Assembly: GCA_964016885.1 (NCBI GenBank)
Contig: OZ024742.1
Coordinates: forward strand, 85,994,001 to 86,058,000
DNA from: Eledone cirrhosa
Taxonomy: Eukaryota
Direction of reading: 5' to 3'
Length of the DNA stretch: 64,000 nt
Made by a program: the position numbers and the translations under genes. Numbering within the stretch: position 1 is the stretch's first letter; the number at the start of each line of letters is the position of its first letter. Under the pieces are notes generated by a model. The model ran no database searches and was not told where the DNA came from. It saw nothing but the letters and a program-made list of their open reading frames with translations. Shown one piece after another: positions 1 through 12,188 of the stretch.

Positions 1-59
1 ACAATCCAATATGGCGTGTCGTTAACGGGGTTAAGGTATGACGATCAAGTAGTAATTGA

Positions 60-860
60 TGTTGGTCGCGATGTAGTGTTCGTCACTACCCGATCCTTCA
101 GCAATATTTACTTAACAAGCATTTGAATATGCAATTTGCAATACAATTTCAATCCAATAAGTATTCCCGGAAACATTGTCGTCTGAACCTTTTGATTTCT
201 GTTTTTGAGTTAAATTAGAGTTTTGTCTGATTTAATGGCAGATCATCGTAATTGGCTGAGCTATAGAAAATAATGTATTTTATTTTATCCACCTCAAGGG
301 AAACCTTATTTCCTGAATACCAGTCATTTATGAGAGTTAATTGGTTCTTTATTTCTTTGAATAATGTACGGTTTTCATTTCAAGAGAGTTTCGTATCATC
401 GGCAAACGTGATAACTTGTGGAAAAGGAACTGGATATGCTTATCATTGACATATATAATATCAAGTAAGGGACCTAATATTGACCCTTGAGGAGCCCCGC
501 AAGATATGGGATGTACCCGGATTCATTGTCAGCAATTTGCACAAACTAGTATCTATAGCGTTAGGAACTTTGTAAACATAGTATATAATTCCCAGTAATT
601 CTATAGTTTTCAAATATGTTTAATGAGTATTATATTGCGAACATTGCTCATAGCTTTCCTGAGGTTGACGACAATTCAATGTATACAATGTTTATTTCAC
701 AGAGTTTATCTGTTGTTATTAATGAGGTCTATCAACCCAAAATCAACACCAGTATTCTTTCAAAAACCGAAATATTACAATTAAACAAATATAATTTTCA
801 AGGAAACCCTGTAGAGGTAGAGGATGAGGGTCTCCGGCAACATGGAGGAGACAGATGCGA
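60..860 (-). pseudogene. Degenerate CR1/L2-type non-LTR retrotransposon reverse transcriptase remnant
   Basis: Minus-strand translation gives SCGAPQGSILGPLLDIIYVND (~445-505) and VITFADDT (~393-415), matching the RT motifs GVPQGS.LGP and (Y/F)ADD. Many stops; boundaries approximate. Confidence 0.7.
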
Positions 861-1073
861 CTAATATTGGCTGGTTATTATCACTTTCAGTAGTAAATAC
901 TCTGCTGTCAATCGTACGTGTGTTGTCAATCGAAGTGCTTTCTTGGTTATTATACGGATGTCATTAACGATAGAACGCATAAGGTAACTTTGAGGCATAG
1001 TTTGGAAAAAAAGGTTTCTAGCCTTCGGATTTACAAAGCCATATCAATAAATTATATTCATTATAAGGTATAT

Positions 1074-1103
1074 GGATCAAATACGGGTGGGTAATATATA
1101 TAT

Positions 1104-1162
<59 letters not shown>
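1074..1162. repeat. (TA)n microsatellite (representative of dozens in the window)
   Basis: Direct reading. Confidence 0.97.
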
Positions 1163-1166
<4 letters not shown>

Positions 1167-2236
1167 TGTAGAAGTGTTCGGATTGCAAATGACCAAGTTA
1201 GCTAGGTTGAAAAAATACTAATTTAACATAATATGGTTTGCCTGTCTCGATTTAAAATAATAAATCAATAAAAATAACAAACCTATATTGGCAATGGCCG
1301 TGATACCTGGACAAATTTTGAATTTGTTTCGCGACAATTAAGTGAAAGTTACTATTCCTGTGCTCTTCTTCGGTTATCCAGAAATATATATATATATGAT
1401 ATAAGTAATTGGCAGAATGTACATACCCTTTGGAGCTCGATCACAATTATCATTACATATATACTTCGAAATTAAATAAATGTGAACTGGTATATGTCAT
1501 ATTTCGGTCACGTAAAATTCTGAAGCATATATTGTTTCAATTGAAATATTGCCATTTATCTGTTACCTGAATAAATATCAGAACCATTACTTGATATATT
1601 TCTGTAAGTTTGTTGTAAGAAAAATTCAATACCGATTTATAATGAATTTTATTTCGGCTATAATTAGCGATTTTAAATTACTTTTTTCCATGTTCTAGCA
1701 TAATGTTTAAGAAGAAAATCGAATGAAAGATTTTATTTTATTTCTCATAAATATAATAAACGTAACAAATCAATACGTCTGTTGAAATTTATTGGATTCG
1801 TGTCTCATACAAAGAATTAACAAATTCAGGAGCATTACAAAAGGTAAGTTTTAAAACAGTAAATCTTAATATGTACAATCATATGTCAAATGTTTTGTTC
1901 ACTTATTCTAATTTCGTTTTTTTCTCACGTTTGAAATAATATGCATTTAGAAAGAAATAGGCAGTTTACTCGAAACGTTCTCAATTCCACTCTGAAAATA
2001 ACTTGAACTGCATAATTTCGCTGAATTATCAACGACATTTGAAGTGTTTTCCTTTTTAATGCGCCCGAATTTTCTGAATGCATTTCATACATTACCATTT
2101 AATACTCTCTGGATTTATCAGTAAGCGGCATTTCATATTTGAAATTTATAAGACTGGCTACACTTATTCAAATTGAATACTCTATTTTTTCCGAGCCGGC
2201 AAATATATATATATATATTTATATATATATATACAT

Positions 2237-2321
<85 letters not shown>

Positions 2322-2425
2322 GAGAGAGAGAGAAAAATACTGCAGGTAGCACATGGATAACATGTAATAAAACGAGTCCCTCATCAGTGATTTGCCGACG
2401 ATCATAGATATTTGATTGCATTAAA

Positions 2426-2475
<50 letters not shown>

Positions 2476-2496
2476 CATACATACATATAAATACAT

Positions 2497-2533
<37 letters not shown>

Positions 2534-2648
2534 CGTTTGTAGTTGCCGGCTGAGAAAAAAGAGTATTCAATACAGGAGACGAGTTTAAATATTCATTTTA
2601 TTAATCCTAAACAGTGCTTTTGTTTCTCTGCAGTTTCGTCTGTTCTTT

Positions 2649-2731
2649 ACGTTTAATAATTATTAAACGTTCGTCTGGATTCTCGCCTGTTTATCATCTG
2701 CAGATGATAAACAGGCGAGAATCAGACGAAC
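2649..2731. repeat. Adjacent palindromes: 22-bp perfect palindrome plus a ~63-bp hairpin
   Basis: acgtttaataattattaaacgt (2649-2670) is self-complementary. 2678-2700 is the exact reverse complement of 2701-2723, extended by gttcgtct/agacgaac after a 1-nt bulge. Confidence 0.9.
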
Positions 2732-3493
2732 TGCCTTCACTATTTAGAGTTAATAAAATAAATATATATTTATATGTATGTGTGTATGCAAGTATGTGTG
2801 TGCATGGGTGTATATTTATGGATGTGTGTATGTATATATATATTTGTGCGTACACATATATTTATATATATATATATTCTTCATTGTACAGGTACACACG
2901 ATATGTTATGTATCCCCGAGTTACTTTAGATATCTGATGAAAAAACAAAGACAACCTTAGACATTATCCCGGTAAAGAAAAGCCGTTTTACGTATGTGTG
3001 CATTTACACAATGAGTGATGAATCTAGTGTGTTTAACTATATTTAGCTAAGAGGAGACGTAGTGCCTCTGTTTATACATGTTCATATTTTCTTTGACATT
3101 CGATACATTCCTAATCTCAGGAAATATTCTGTTCCATGCTGATACATGAACAGGAAATTATAAGGCAAATGACGCTTTATGTGAAGGCTTAGGCAATTAG
3201 GTAATAGAAGTTCTAATCAGCATCATTTTGAAACTGGAGGCAAGTAAGATTTTTTTCTTTATATTATATTTATGTTCTTAGGTGATATGATTAGACCTGG
3301 AGTTTACAGTAAATCGTATTTGTACGTGTAGCATTGCCATGGAGACCAACATTGAATTATGCACACACAACTATATATCTATTTATTCATATATTTGTTT
3401 CACTTCTCCCTCTATATTTATCTTTCCTTCACTCTCTCTGTGTATATATATATCTATATATCTATATATCTATCTATCTATATGTATATATAT

Positions 3494-3554
<61 letters not shown>

Positions 3555-3708
3555 ATATAGTAACAAACACAGTAAACCGTGTGTCTAAAATTACAAGGGT
3601 TGTAAAACCACATATGCTTGAAATATTTAACCAAGAAACAGACAGAATGACAAAATGAAAATAAAAATATATTATCATAATAATACAAACCGCCTCAATA
3701 ACCATTAT

Positions 3709-3790
3709 ATCTCTCGGACAGATTATCCCTAATCTGTTTCGCCCTGAGTGTGTTTGTAACAGATAATCCTGGGCTTCATCAGCGAGAGAT
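3709..3790 (-). ncRNA. Type I hammerhead ribozyme (472-bp family)
   Basis: Reverse complement of the motif at 4180-4261, with intact core and stems. Confidence 0.88.
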
Positions 3791-4179
3791 TGCGATTAAA
3801 TGCCACAAACACTATTTGCCAACGTTCACACAGAAAGATGAATTTGTCACCTCGTGCTTCGCCAGTCAAACGTGGTAAGCGCGTATTGAACAGAAATAAC
3901 AGTCCAACACGCACAACTTAATAGCTCAACTTGTAAGGGAGCAGAAATATATATATGAGAACTAGAACCATGTAACCATTAAGCTCTAAGTATAAAGTAC
4001 AAATAAATACTGAGCCAATTAACAATATATAGTAAGAAACACAGTAAACCGTGTGTCTAAAATTACAAGGGTTGAAAAACCACATATGTTTGAAATATTT
4101 AACCAAGAAACAGACAGAATGACAAAATGAAAATAAAAATATATTATCATAATAATACAAACCGCCTCATTTAATCGCA

Positions 4180-4261
4180 ATCTCTCGCTGATGAAGCCCA
4201 GGATTATCTGTTACAAACACACTCAGGGCGAAACAGATTAGGGATAATCTGTCCGAGAGAT
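4180..4261 (+). ncRNA. Type I hammerhead ribozyme (472-bp family)
   Basis: atctctcg-CTGATGA-a-gccc...gggc-GAAA-cagatta(ggga)taatctg-TC-cgagagat: 8-bp stem I, stem II, 7-bp stem III, GUC cleavage triplet with predicted cut after 4253. Confidence 0.9.
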
Positions 4262-4651
4262 ATAATGGTTATTGAGGCGGTTTGTATTATTATGATAATA
4301 TATTTTTATTTTCATTTTGTCATTCTGTCTGTTTCTTGGTTAAATATTTCAAGCATATGTGGTTTTTCAACCCTTGTAATTTTAGACACACGGTTTACTG
4401 TGTTTCTTACTATATATTGTTAATCGGCTCAGTATTTATTTGTACTTTATACTTAGAGCTTAATGGTTACATGGTTCTAGTTCTCATATATATATTTCTG
4501 CTCCCTTACAAGTTGAGCTATTAAGTTGTGCGTGTTGGACTGTTATTTCTGTTCAATACGCGCTTGCCACGTTTGACTGGCGAAGCACGAGGTGATGAAT
4601 TCATCTTTCTGTGTAAACGTTGGCAAATAGTGTTTGTGGCATTTAATCGCA

Positions 4652-4733
4652 ATCTCTCGCTGATGAAGCGCAGGATTATCTGTTACAAACACACTCAGGG
4701 CGAAACAGGTTAGGGATAATCTGTCCGAGAGAT
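4652..4733 (+). ncRNA. Type I hammerhead ribozyme (472-bp family, variant copy)
   Basis: Same motif with a stem II mismatch (gcgc/gggc) and an A-U to G-U change in stem III. Confidence 0.8.
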
Positions 4734-4958
4734 ATAATGGTTATTGAGGCGGTTTGTATTATTATGATATTATATTTTTATTTTCATTTTGTCATTCTGT
4801 CTGTTTCTTGGTTAAATATTTCAAGCATATGTGGTTTTTCAACCCTTGTAAATTTAGACACACGGTTTACTGTGTTTCTTACTATATATTGTTAATCGGC
4901 TCAGTATTTATTTGTACTTTATACTTAGAGCTTAATGGTTACAGGTTTCTAATTCTCA

Positions 4959-4997
<39 letters not shown>

Positions 4998-5041
4998 ATA
5001 CTTATTCAGATAAAGAATCTTGCTAAACAAATTCAGAAACG

Positions 5042-5079
<38 letters not shown>

Positions 5080-5304
5080 GGGGTAACAGATTATTGTTAT
5101 AGGTAGTCCACTTAAGTGTAGTCCAGTTATTGTACTCCGAGTAGTGGATGATATCAACGTTTGGCTAAGTTTGACTCAACAAGGCGTTTCCATAGTGATG
5201 CTGCGAGTACGCGGTAATTTCTATGTTGTAAACACTTGGAGTAATGATAAATCAGGAAAGAAGAGTTACTCTGTTTGCTATACAAAAAAGGTTTTTAATC
5301 TCAT

Positions 5305-5412
5305 TGCTGACAATTGTTTCTCTGAACTGGTATGTCTAGAGATCGCTACCCGCTTATTTTCACGTCATTCGATCACCAATACATAGCTGTAACCAATCAA
5401 TTCATCGGAGCT
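5305..5412 (-). ncRNA. Degenerate PLE-type hammerhead-like motif
   Basis: Minus strand: gct-CCGATGA-(~85 nt)-GAAA-caattg-TC-agc. Palindromic stem III, core has U4C, stem II not resolved. Lies downstream of the GIY-YIG remnant at 6225-6370. Confidence 0.4.
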
Positions 5413-6224
5413 TGTCAGAATGAAAGGAATATACAGGCATGGCTACTATATATAGTTGTAATGGCATTCAATCAGAACAATAACAACATTACTAACAATG
5501 CAAGCAATAAATTATTTGAAATAATCACAACAACAATCTAGGTGATAAATATAGTATATCTACGAATTTAGCGTGTAAAACTAGCTGACGTGAGTCAGAT
5601 GTATGAAATTGATATGTAAAAGCTGTCATGGGGTGTATTATATATAGTGTAAAGATAAGCCGGTGGCATTAAACAATGTAGGTCTGGTGGCCGTAAGAAT
5701 CATTTATTATCTGACAGATGGAAAATGTATCACTGTAGTGAGGATAGTAATATTTGTGGTGTTACGTTCAATATTTATGTGGTCTATATTAGATGAAAGG
5801 GTTGTCTAGCTTTCACATCATCAATAAGATACATGTATAAGACAACATTAACAGAGTAGCAATATAATAGGCAAGTTAATACAGAGGTTAAGGAGGCAAT
5901 ATATATATATATTTAAAGAGAAAACATGCTGACTACAATTATAACAGGAGGAAGGTAATATTCTGCTGCAGTAGGATTTTGAAATATTCTTGTTGAGAGT
6001 CAAGGGTGAGGATGTTGTGTTGACAGCAGCTGAGAAGGGATATATTTATGGGTTGATAAGGTACTTACAGACATTACTGAGGTATAAAATTAAGAAGGGT
6101 GGAATGTAATTAATGAATATATTTCTATGGTGGTTCGTGCAGTATAGTGGATATCCTAAGTTGAAAGCTATGTTACGTCGGTTCGATTCACGGAGGCTTA
6201 AATCTTGTGAATTTAGTGGCGATA

Positions 6225-6370
6225 CTGTGTCTGCAGAAGATTGATCTTTCTAACTTGTTAAGTAGCATTTTTACATTTCTAAGGATATATAGTAATTCTA
6301 GATCACAGAGCCTACAGTGGGACATACCTGTACTGTAGGTCTTTGCGGCCGACAACCTCGATGAAATATA
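6225..6370 (-). pseudogene. Penelope-like GIY-YIG endonuclease C-terminal remnant
   Basis: Minus strand reads SAAKTYSTGMSHCRLCDLELLYILRNVKMLLNKLERSIFCRH, matching the CxLC..E...I....LLN.....CRH end of PLE endonucleases. Confidence 0.7.
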
Positions 6371-6962
6371 TTAAGCGAATAGAAGCAACTTAGAAATCAC
6401 TTGAAAAAGAGATTCATAGCATGGCATGTCATGTATGTAGGAGTCGATGAAAAAAACGCAGACTCTATATATTTCAAAGTCCCTGTGAGCCGTGAGTGAT
6501 TTGTATTATCAGGAAAATATTTCATCGACATTACCCAAACGATGATGGCATCAGATTTAAAAAAAAACATACAACTAGTTGTTCGTATGCTATTTACGAA
6601 CTATAAAAATGCACCCCCATCGCATAACAAAATTACGACACAAATATTTCCTTTCAACTGCTATTGCTCTCATTATCTACATATCCTAAATTTGACAAAG
6701 GTTAGAGCAGCCAGTAACATCGAACAGATCCTCGATGATTCCCTCCAAGAAAATTAAGTTAGACTCCTATATATCACAGGAAAATACGTCTTTCCTGGAA
6801 AGAGCCATTGTGACAAAAAAAAATACATATACTGCATGTGGGTCGATCTGAAAGGTCTCTCCAGATTTTATTATTAAAATTACACAAGGCCTGGGTCAAT
6901 AATGACCACGAACCATTAAAGTTAACAACATTTTTCATATACATATGTATATGCATATGTAC

Positions 6963-7008
<46 letters not shown>

Positions 7009-7060
7009 GAAAGGTATAGAAATTGTTTTAGCGAGAAGCTAACAGTATTCTATAATATAT

Positions 7061-7127
<67 letters not shown>

Positions 7128-7158
7128 ATTTATATATTTATATATATATATATTTATA

Positions 7159-7234
<76 letters not shown>

Positions 7235-7329
7235 GTAGAACACTGGAAGGTAATATCCGTTGTGGTAGAGCACTCAGTCCATGGGACGAGTTTGGTAGAA
7301 GTGGTTACACAACAGTTAGTTCAACATAC

Positions 7330-7366
7330 CGAGAACAATTGTTTCAACTTACGGATCCTCAGCTCG
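7330..7366 (-). ncRNA. Minimal PLE-type hammerhead ribozyme
   Basis: cgag-CTGAGGA-tccgtaagtt-GAAA-caattg-TT-ctcg. Palindromic stem III, weak stem II. Confidence 0.6.
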
Positions 7367-8090
7367 TAATGGACATGGTTATACGGAACAGGAAGGACAA
7401 CCGTACGAATGCGCATGCGCAGACACGATCACTTCACAAAGGCAATACTAAAATGCGTGCGAGATGTGTAAGGGTTGTTGGTGATGTATGCCTTCATGTT
7501 CTTAGCGCAGGTGTACCCTAGTTTTACTTTGTGTCGGGTAAAGATGGAGCGGTATTTATGACCTATTGGAAAGTGTCTATCTAATAGGGCTAGAATGTTT
7601 TGCCTTCATTGGTTTTAACGTTGAGTGAGAAGGGAGGAGAGAACCAGAGAGTTTGTCTATTATTACGCTTTCTTTTCTTATTGCTGTTGTTGAGAGTGGG
7701 AGAGTACGTGATAGTTTGCGAGAAGCCGCTATTAGCTAACGCCGTGTTATAGTAGGGTGCCGCCATGTGAAAGATAGTCGTGTAGACTATGTATTGATGA
7801 ACGAATAAATATTCTAAATAGATTATGCAATAGCGATTGCCTAAACACGAACAATTAATTCTTCACACGTTGTCCACACGTCTGGAATCACCTCTTACGT
7901 AACTACAGAGCTCCGGATTGAATTACAACAACATCCTAATTTTCTTATGAACTACCAATGTTTCGGACATTCGCAGTTATCTCCCTTACACCTCTCCCAC
8001 GCATTTTAGTATTGCCTGTGTGAAGTGATCGTTTCTGCGCATGCGCGTCCGTACGGTTGTGCTTGCTGATCCGTATAATCATGTCCATTA

Positions 8091-8128
8091 TGAGCTGAGG
8101 ATCCGCTAAGGTGAAACAATTGTTCTCA
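8091..8128 (+). ncRNA. Minimal PLE-type hammerhead ribozyme
   Basis: tgag-CTGAGGA-tccgctaaggt-GAAA-caattg-TT-ctca. Confidence 0.68.
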
Positions 8129-8157
8129 GTATGGTGAACTAACTGTTGTGTAACCAC

Positions 8158-8217
<60 letters not shown>

Positions 8218-8413
8218 AGGGGGGGGGCGTATGTTTAAAACTCAGAGGTCCAACTTTAGAATTGAAATAGAAATAGAAACCTCACCGTAATACTTTTGAC
8301 TATAATGTAATCAAATAATGGGCCGTATAATCGTATTTAATGGAAGAAAAAATATATGTGAGTGTGAATATGTATATGTTCATGTGTGTGTATGTGCGCA
8401 TCAGCCTTCCGAA

Positions 8414-8461
<48 letters not shown>

Positions 8462-9315
8462 TTCTATAAATAAGTCATTCCAGATAGAATTGGAGGTAAC
8501 CACAGTAAGTAAGGTACTCAGTACATAGCAGAGTATAAAGGTTTTAATATAGAAGATCTTCTACAGGACTAGAACTGTTTCATTCGTGAGAAATCTTTGG
8601 AAAGCTGGCTGTACAAGTAACTGGTGGTATTTATATATTTTCTTTTCTGGTGGTAGGAGAGGGTGGGGATTGAGATGGGTGGAAGTCATTCGTTGAAGGA
8701 TTTAAAGAAAAGGGAGTTCATTAAAAGCTAATTATTTAAAGCTATAATATTAACAAAGGCAGAAAGAATGATGTAAACAAATTCCAATTTGGAATACAAA
8801 TACAAGTTTATCACTTAGACTAACAATGCATGTAGACAGGTATCTACAGGATGGGTGGGGTTCAATCGTTTAAAGAAAAGGGAACTTCTTTACATGTTAA
8901 TTTTTAAGGCTGAATTAAGGGTGACAAAGGCAGAAAGGGTTACATCAACAGATTCAAGTGTTGATTCCACTTATTGTGAAGTTTCTCTTAAGATATATTC
9001 CAGGTGTCGACAAGCAGATTCACACACGCGCCCGCTTACACACGTACACACACATACACGCACGCGCACACAGCCAGGCACCCACCCAAAAAACATACAT
9101 AATGGTACATACACACATATATATATATACAAATATATATATAGATACATACATACATATGTGTACATACACACACACACACACATATATATTAATACAT
9201 ATATATATAAATAAATATATATATATATTATATATGCATATATATATACACGTACATACACACATACAGACAAACGCACACACACAAAACATATATATAT
9301 ATATATATATATACT

Positions 9316-10640
9316 CTATTACTCTATTACTCTTTTACCTGTTTCAACCATCTGGCTGAGGCCATGCTGGGGCACCGCCCTTGTTGCTACACATTTTACC
9401 TCCAGCCGGTAGTGGTTGGCCACTGGTGTAAGAGGGAGTTTGTTGCTGCTGCCCTTAGATTTCCCTCGTGTCTTGCTGTGGGCTCACCCGGGATCCTGGA
9501 TAACAAGGTGACGAGATGTTTCTTGAAGACATCCACCTCCACGTCATGCAAATCTCTCAGATCCCTCGGCACCTTGTTGAACAGTTGAGGGCCCTTGAAT
9601 CCTAGGCTATTGCAATACCTGCTCCTTATTCTAGATGTGGAAAACGGGACCTTTGGCACCACACAGTGACGTCCTGTTCGACGGTTGGTCCAGCTCCCAA
9701 TGCCAAAGTTTGGTGCTAGTCCCTCCAGGATTTTCCATATGTAGATCACTGCATATCTCTCCCGTCTTCGTTCCAAGGAGTAGAGGTTCAGTTCCTTTAG
9801 CCTCTCCCAGTAGCTTGTCTCCTTCATAGTGGCAATCCTCTTGGTGTAGTTTCGCTGGATTGCCTCACGCTCCGTGGTTAGTTTGACACTATGGGGTGAC
9901 CACAACTGGGAGCAGTAGTCCAGACGGCTTAGGACAAATGTCCTCCATAGTGTCAACATGGTGTCTCGATCTCTTGTCCGGAAAGTCCTCAAGATCCAGC
10001 CAGCAAGTCGTCTGCACATTGCCGCCACTTTAATGATGTGTGAAGATGCATCATCGCTCCTGTCTATGCCCAGGTCTCGTATCGATTTTGACACGGGGAT
10101 ATTGGTCCCTCCTTGTCCTGTGTAGTTGTGTTGTACTATATTTGTGTTTGCAGGTTTGTGTGGAGGTTTGTATTGTAGGGCGTGGAATTTGCCAGCATTA
10201 AACTGGATGTTGCTTTCTTCCGCCCATTTGTATATGGTATCCAGATCCTGCAGTAAAAGGGAAGCGTCAGCCGGGTTTTTAATTACCTGTGCTACCATAG
10301 TGTCATCAGCATAGCTAGTGAGGGATGCTGTTGTATGTACTACAGAGGGCATGTCTGAGAGAGCCACCAAAAACAGTAGTGGTCCCAGGACTGTCCCGTG
10401 GGGCACCCCACTTGTTATTGGTGTTTCCTTTGAGAGGGCCCCATTTTCTGCGACTGCCTGGCTTCTGTCCTTTAGGAAGTCATGCAAACACTCACCTACT
10501 TTTCCAAGTTATGCCGAGTCCGTGTAGTTTGTGACATATCATTCCGTGGTCGACCTTGTCAAGGGCCTTCGCAAAGTCAAGATATATCACGTCCACATGT
10601 GAGCTGTCTAGTAGTTGTTTCAGTACCCAGTACCCAGTAC
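9316..10640 (-). mobile_element. 5'-truncated CR1/L2-group LINE (RT and C-terminus; ORF 9396-10487 plus frameshifted 10492-10620)
   Basis: [58 protein letters not shown]. 3' UTR ends in a short repeat tail at ~9316-9340. Confidence 0.92.
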
Positions 10641-10719
10641 CCAGTATATATATATATATACACATATACACATATATATGTATAAATAAATACACAGATA
10701 CACACATTTAAGTATATAT

Positions 10720-10797
<78 letters not shown>

Positions 10798-10857
10798 GTA
10801 TATATATATATATATATATATGTATAAATGTATATATATATATATATATATATATAA

Positions 10858-10895
<38 letters not shown>

Positions 10896-10896
10896 G

Positions 10897-10927
<31 letters not shown>

Positions 10928-11104
10928 AAATGTATATATATAAATGTATATATGTATATATATATATATATATATTTACATATATTATATACATATATAT
11001 ATACATATAGATATATAGATATATATACATATATTATATACATGTATATATATATATATATATATACATGTATATATATTTATATATATATATACATGTA
11101 TATC

Positions 11105-11144
<40 letters not shown>

Positions 11145-11206
11145 TATCTATACATATATTATATACATATATATATATATGCATATATATATATATATAT
11201 ATATTC

Positions 11207-11238
<32 letters not shown>

Positions 11239-11417
11239 TTATATATATATATATGTATATATGTATATATATATATATGTATATATATTTATATATGAGT
11301 TGAAAAAAATGAAAACGAAAAACGAAATTTCATTTCTCACTCTTAGTATGGCACTTACTTAAATGTAAGTATGTATGTATACGTACATACATATATGTAT
11401 ACAGACGTACAGTAGCA

Positions 11418-11489
<72 letters not shown>

Positions 11490-11647
11490 CACACATGCAG
11501 GTACACATACATATATGCACGCATCAGTTTAGCAGACGCTTATTATAGCGCTTGCTTTGTTCGTTTGTCAACAAACTGAACGGCCTGAATTTATGCCATA
11601 CGGTGTTAAGGCAACCACGTCACCTTTTTGTTCAACACTGACACAGG

Positions 11648-11692
11648 AACGATGTACTAGTTTCAAGCTTGTTAGCTATCATCAGCAACGTT
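11648..11692 (-). ncRNA. Minimal type I hammerhead ribozyme (496-bp family)
   Basis: Minus strand: aacgttg-CTGATGA-tagct(aaca)agctt-GAAA-ctag-TA-catcgtt. Palindromic ctag stem/loop III, GUA triplet. Confidence 0.8.
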
Positions 11693-11933
11693 TACCCATC
11701 TGCCAGATAGTTGAACGTTCGAAAGTATATACTTTCCTTATGAAAATTAACGGCTGAGCAGCCTAATTTGCATATTGAGTGAGTTAAATCGGTCAGGCAT
11801 ACCGAAAACGATAAGTTGAAAAAAATGAAAACGAAAAACGAAATTTCATTTCTCACTCTTAGTATGGCACTTACTTAAATGTAAGTATGTATGTATACGT
11901 ACATACATATATGTATACAGACGTACAGTAGCA

Positions 11934-11985
<52 letters not shown>

Positions 11986-12143
11986 CACACATCCAGGTAC
12001 ACATACATATATGCACGCATCAGTTTAGCAGACGCTTATTATAGCGCTTGCTTTGTTCGTTTGTCAACAAACTGAACAGCCTGAATTTATGCCATACGGT
12101 GTTAAGGCAACCACGTCACCTTTTTGTTCAACACTGACACAGG

Positions 12144-12188
12144 AACGATGTACTAGTTTCAAGCTTGTTAGCTATCATCAGCACCGTT
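12144..12188 (-). ncRNA. Minimal type I hammerhead ribozyme (496-bp family)
   Basis: aacggtg-CTGATGA-tagct(aaca)agctt-GAAA-ctag-TA-catcgtt. 7-bp stem I including one G-U pair. Confidence 0.82.

Larger units (their letters stand above)
3549..4960. mobile_element. Non-coding 472-bp tandem-repeat element with one hammerhead ribozyme per unit, arranged as a head-to-head inversion (retrozyme-like or non-autonomous PLE)
   Basis: About 1.3 units on the minus strand (3549-4169) and 1.7 units on the plus strand (~4169-4960). Period 472 (HHR cores at 4188 and 4660). Both outer ends run into (TA)n. Confidence 0.85.
7296..8162. mobile_element. Penelope-like element fragment bracketed by inverted ~165-bp terminal repeats
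   Basis: 7296-7460 is a diverged reverse complement of 7997-8162. Internal 7490-7780 (minus) reads AAPYYNTALANSGF...LWFSPPFSLNVKTN...LLDRHFP..HKYRSIFTRHKVKLGY, the PLE thumb/linker region. Confidence 0.8.

Noticed and set aside
1767-1850. Possible exon ending in AAG|GTAAGT
   Set aside because: Good donor consensus, but no upstream acceptor in an open frame and no recognisable protein.
2172-2572. ~30-bp inverted repeats around microsatellites with a CTGATGA on the minus strand at ~2373-2379
   Set aside because: No downstream GAAA or stem III found, so it is not called as a ribozyme. Probably a decayed repeat end, like the similar motif at ~56740.
3729-5026. Repeated 60-90 aa ORFs (MYYYDNIF..., MRVGLLF...) and likewise MFVCQQTE... 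at 11557 and 12053
   Set aside because: They recur only because the DNA unit is repeated. Non-ATG starts and no protein motifs.
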